Source: a virus
Taxonomy: Duplodnaviria > Caudoviricetes
Direction: 5' to 3' (one strand)
IMG/VR virus record: IMGVR_UViG_3300033067_000403
Span: 1 to 44,234 of that record
DNA: 44,234 nucleotides
In this document: positions 43,017 to 44,234 of the stretch, piece by piece
Layout: each line of letters opens with the position of its first letter
Numbering within the stretch: position 1 is the stretch's first letter
Position numbers and translations under genes: made by a program
The notes under the pieces: model-generated
The model's input: only the letters and a program-made list of their open reading frames with translations
Told to the model about the DNA's origin: nothing
Database searches by the model: none

Positions 43017-43315
43017 TATAATCTAGGCATACCAACTAACCAAGGAACTAAAATGCACACTCTGCGTGAACAATTTGATATTCAACTGCGTAATGCAAAG
43101 CTCACTGCTAAGTATAAAAAGATCGAACTGGATATTGTCATGGTGACTCATCCAGACTATGCAACCAGAATTAGTGTTCTTGGTAATGCTATCAGTCGTG
43201 CAGCTTATAAGTCATGGAAAGAGGACGGAAGTAACGTAAGAAAATTGCTGGTTATCAATGCAAACGGCGAAATTGCTGTATAATCTAGGCATACCAACTA
43301 ACCAAGGAACTAAAA
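43017..43315 (+). repeat. 37-bp direct repeat (promoter -10, leader and RBS) flanking one gene
   Basis: TATAATCTAGGCATACCAACTAACCAAGGAACTAAAA at 43017-43053 and 43279-43315. Confidence 0.95.
43053..43283 (+). CDS. Hypothetical early protein
   Basis: 76 aa behind promoter/RBS. Confidence 0.75.
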   Translation: MHTLREQFDIQLRNAKLTAKYKKIELDIVMVTHPDYATRISVLGNAISRAAYKSWKEDGSNVRKLLVINANGEIAV

Positions 43316-43519
43316 ATGACTCTCGATAAATTCATCCAAAATCTGCAAAATCTCCAAGCCGAAGGTCACGGAGATAAAGAAGTATTCTATCGTCACGGTG
43401 CATCTGGCGATTGTGGTCCGCTTTCATCTGCTTGCATTACTGATGAAGTTGATGATTCCTGCGGCCCATTCGATCTTGAAGACGGTGAAATGTACGTTTC
43501 TATCTACGCTGGTAATTAA
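43316..43519 (+). CDS. Hypothetical early protein
   Basis: 67 aa behind promoter/RBS. Confidence 0.75.
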   Translation: MTLDKFIQNLQNLQAEGHGDKEVFYRHGASGDCGPLSSACITDEVDDSCGPFDLEDGEMYVSIYAGN

Positions 43520-43563
43520 ACTGTGATATAATTCAAGCATAGTAACCAATCAAGGAAATCCAA

Positions 43564-43986
43564 ATGGCTTATGTAAGCGAAGAAGTAATCACCAAAGCTC
43601 GTACTGCTTTGAAGGCTTTAAACAAGCAATACGGCGTTAAAGCTACTTTGTCTGGTAAGGGTAGCAGCAGCTTGCAATTGACGATTGCAGAAGGTTCTGT
43701 GGACTTTATCGATAACTACTGCGAGACTATTGAAGCTAAACGCACACTGAATAATGTGCAAGATGTTATTGAGTACGTTAGACTTGATAAATACATTCAA
43801 GCCAATCAATACTATCTTGATAGTTCTTTTTCAGGTATTGCGTTGGAATATCTGCAGAAAGCAAAGGCTATTATGTATGTCGATCATTGGGATAGATCAG
43901 ACCCTTATACTGACTATTTCAATTGCTCGTACTACGTCAGTATTAATATCGGACGTTGGAACAAAGGATATAAGCTGGTAAAGTAA
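43564..43986 (+). CDS. Conserved phage early protein (LPD29-like C-terminus)
   Basis: NQYY...DRSDPYTDYF...YY..I.IGRW.K.Y motif. Confidence 0.75.
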   Translation: MAYVSEEVITKARTALKALNKQYGVKATLSGKGSSSLQLTIAEGSVDFIDNYCETIEAKRTLNNVQDVIEYVRLDKYIQANQYYLDSSFSGIALEYLQKAKAIMYVDHWDRSDPYTDYFNCSYYVSINIGRWNKGYKLVK

Positions 43987-44001
43987 AATTAAAAATCCGT
44001 A

Positions 44002-44035
44002 GACCACCTTGGAGAAATCCTTGGTGGTTTTTCTT
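44002..44035 (+). terminator. Rho-independent terminator
   Basis: ACCACC..GGA-GAAA-TCC..GGTGGT followed by a T-tract. Confidence 0.7.
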
Positions 44036-44134
44036 TGGTTTAAAAAGTCGTGCCAAGGGTCAGGAAAATTTTGACTAAAAAACCCTTGGGGGTCTATGGA
44101 AATAAAACGCCTAAAACAAATCAGTCAGCGGCGA

Positions 44135-44234
44135 ATATAACCGTTCACTTATATAACCGTTCACTTATATAACCGTTCACTTATATAACCGTTCACTTAT
44201 ATAACCGTTCACTTATATAACCGTTCACTTATAT
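44135..44234. repeat. Perfect 16-bp tandem repeat, 6.25 copies, running to the window end
   Basis: Unit ATATAACCGTTCACTT with no spacers. Confidence 0.98.

Noticed and set aside
4156-43981. Opposite-strand and alternative-frame ORFs in the supplied track (e.g. 4156-4413, 12913-13407, 21135-21572, 42188-42700)
   Set aside because: Shadows of well-supported genes, with no recognisable motifs
44135-44234. CRISPR array
   Set aside because: Units are contiguous with no spacers, only 16 bp long, and there are no cas genes
1-44234. Stop-codon recoding
   Set aside because: Core genes are full length in the standard code and coding density is high

Overview
A 44 kb segment of a lytic-looking dsDNA tailed phage genome, with no structural genes and no integrase in the window. 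Genes run on the minus strand from about 24,990 down to 1 and on the plus strand from about 25,200 to the end, diverging from back-to-back sigma70-like promoters. The left arm carries replication and nucleotide metabolism genes: nrdA/nrdB, family A DNA polymerase, T7 gp4-like primase-helicase, 5'-3' exonuclease, endonuclease VII, SSB-like protein, ATP-dependent DNA ligase, RNA ligase, three free-standing HNH-type nucleases, and a Prs-like plus Nampt-like pair resembling the NARP1 NAD+ reconstitution pathway. The right arm carries two deaminases, a kinase, a second RNA ligase, a phosphoesterase, a PAPS-reductase-like protein, ThyX, an HU-like protein, a SleB-like hydrolase, a macrodomain protein and many small early genes behind repeated promoter modules; it ends in a perfect 16-bp tandem repeat. 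The most unusual locus is 8,792-12,047 on the minus strand. One promoter precedes tRNA-Arg, a tRNA-like RNA with a rebuilt anticodon arm, a ~230-nt multi-stem RNA and two RNAs each closed by a perfect 15-bp stem. These are followed directly by a nucleotidyltransferase-fold gene, three paralogous small genes and a PD-(D/E)XK-like nuclease whose stop codon lies inside tRNA(CAU). All family calls come from motif recognition by eye; no searches were run.
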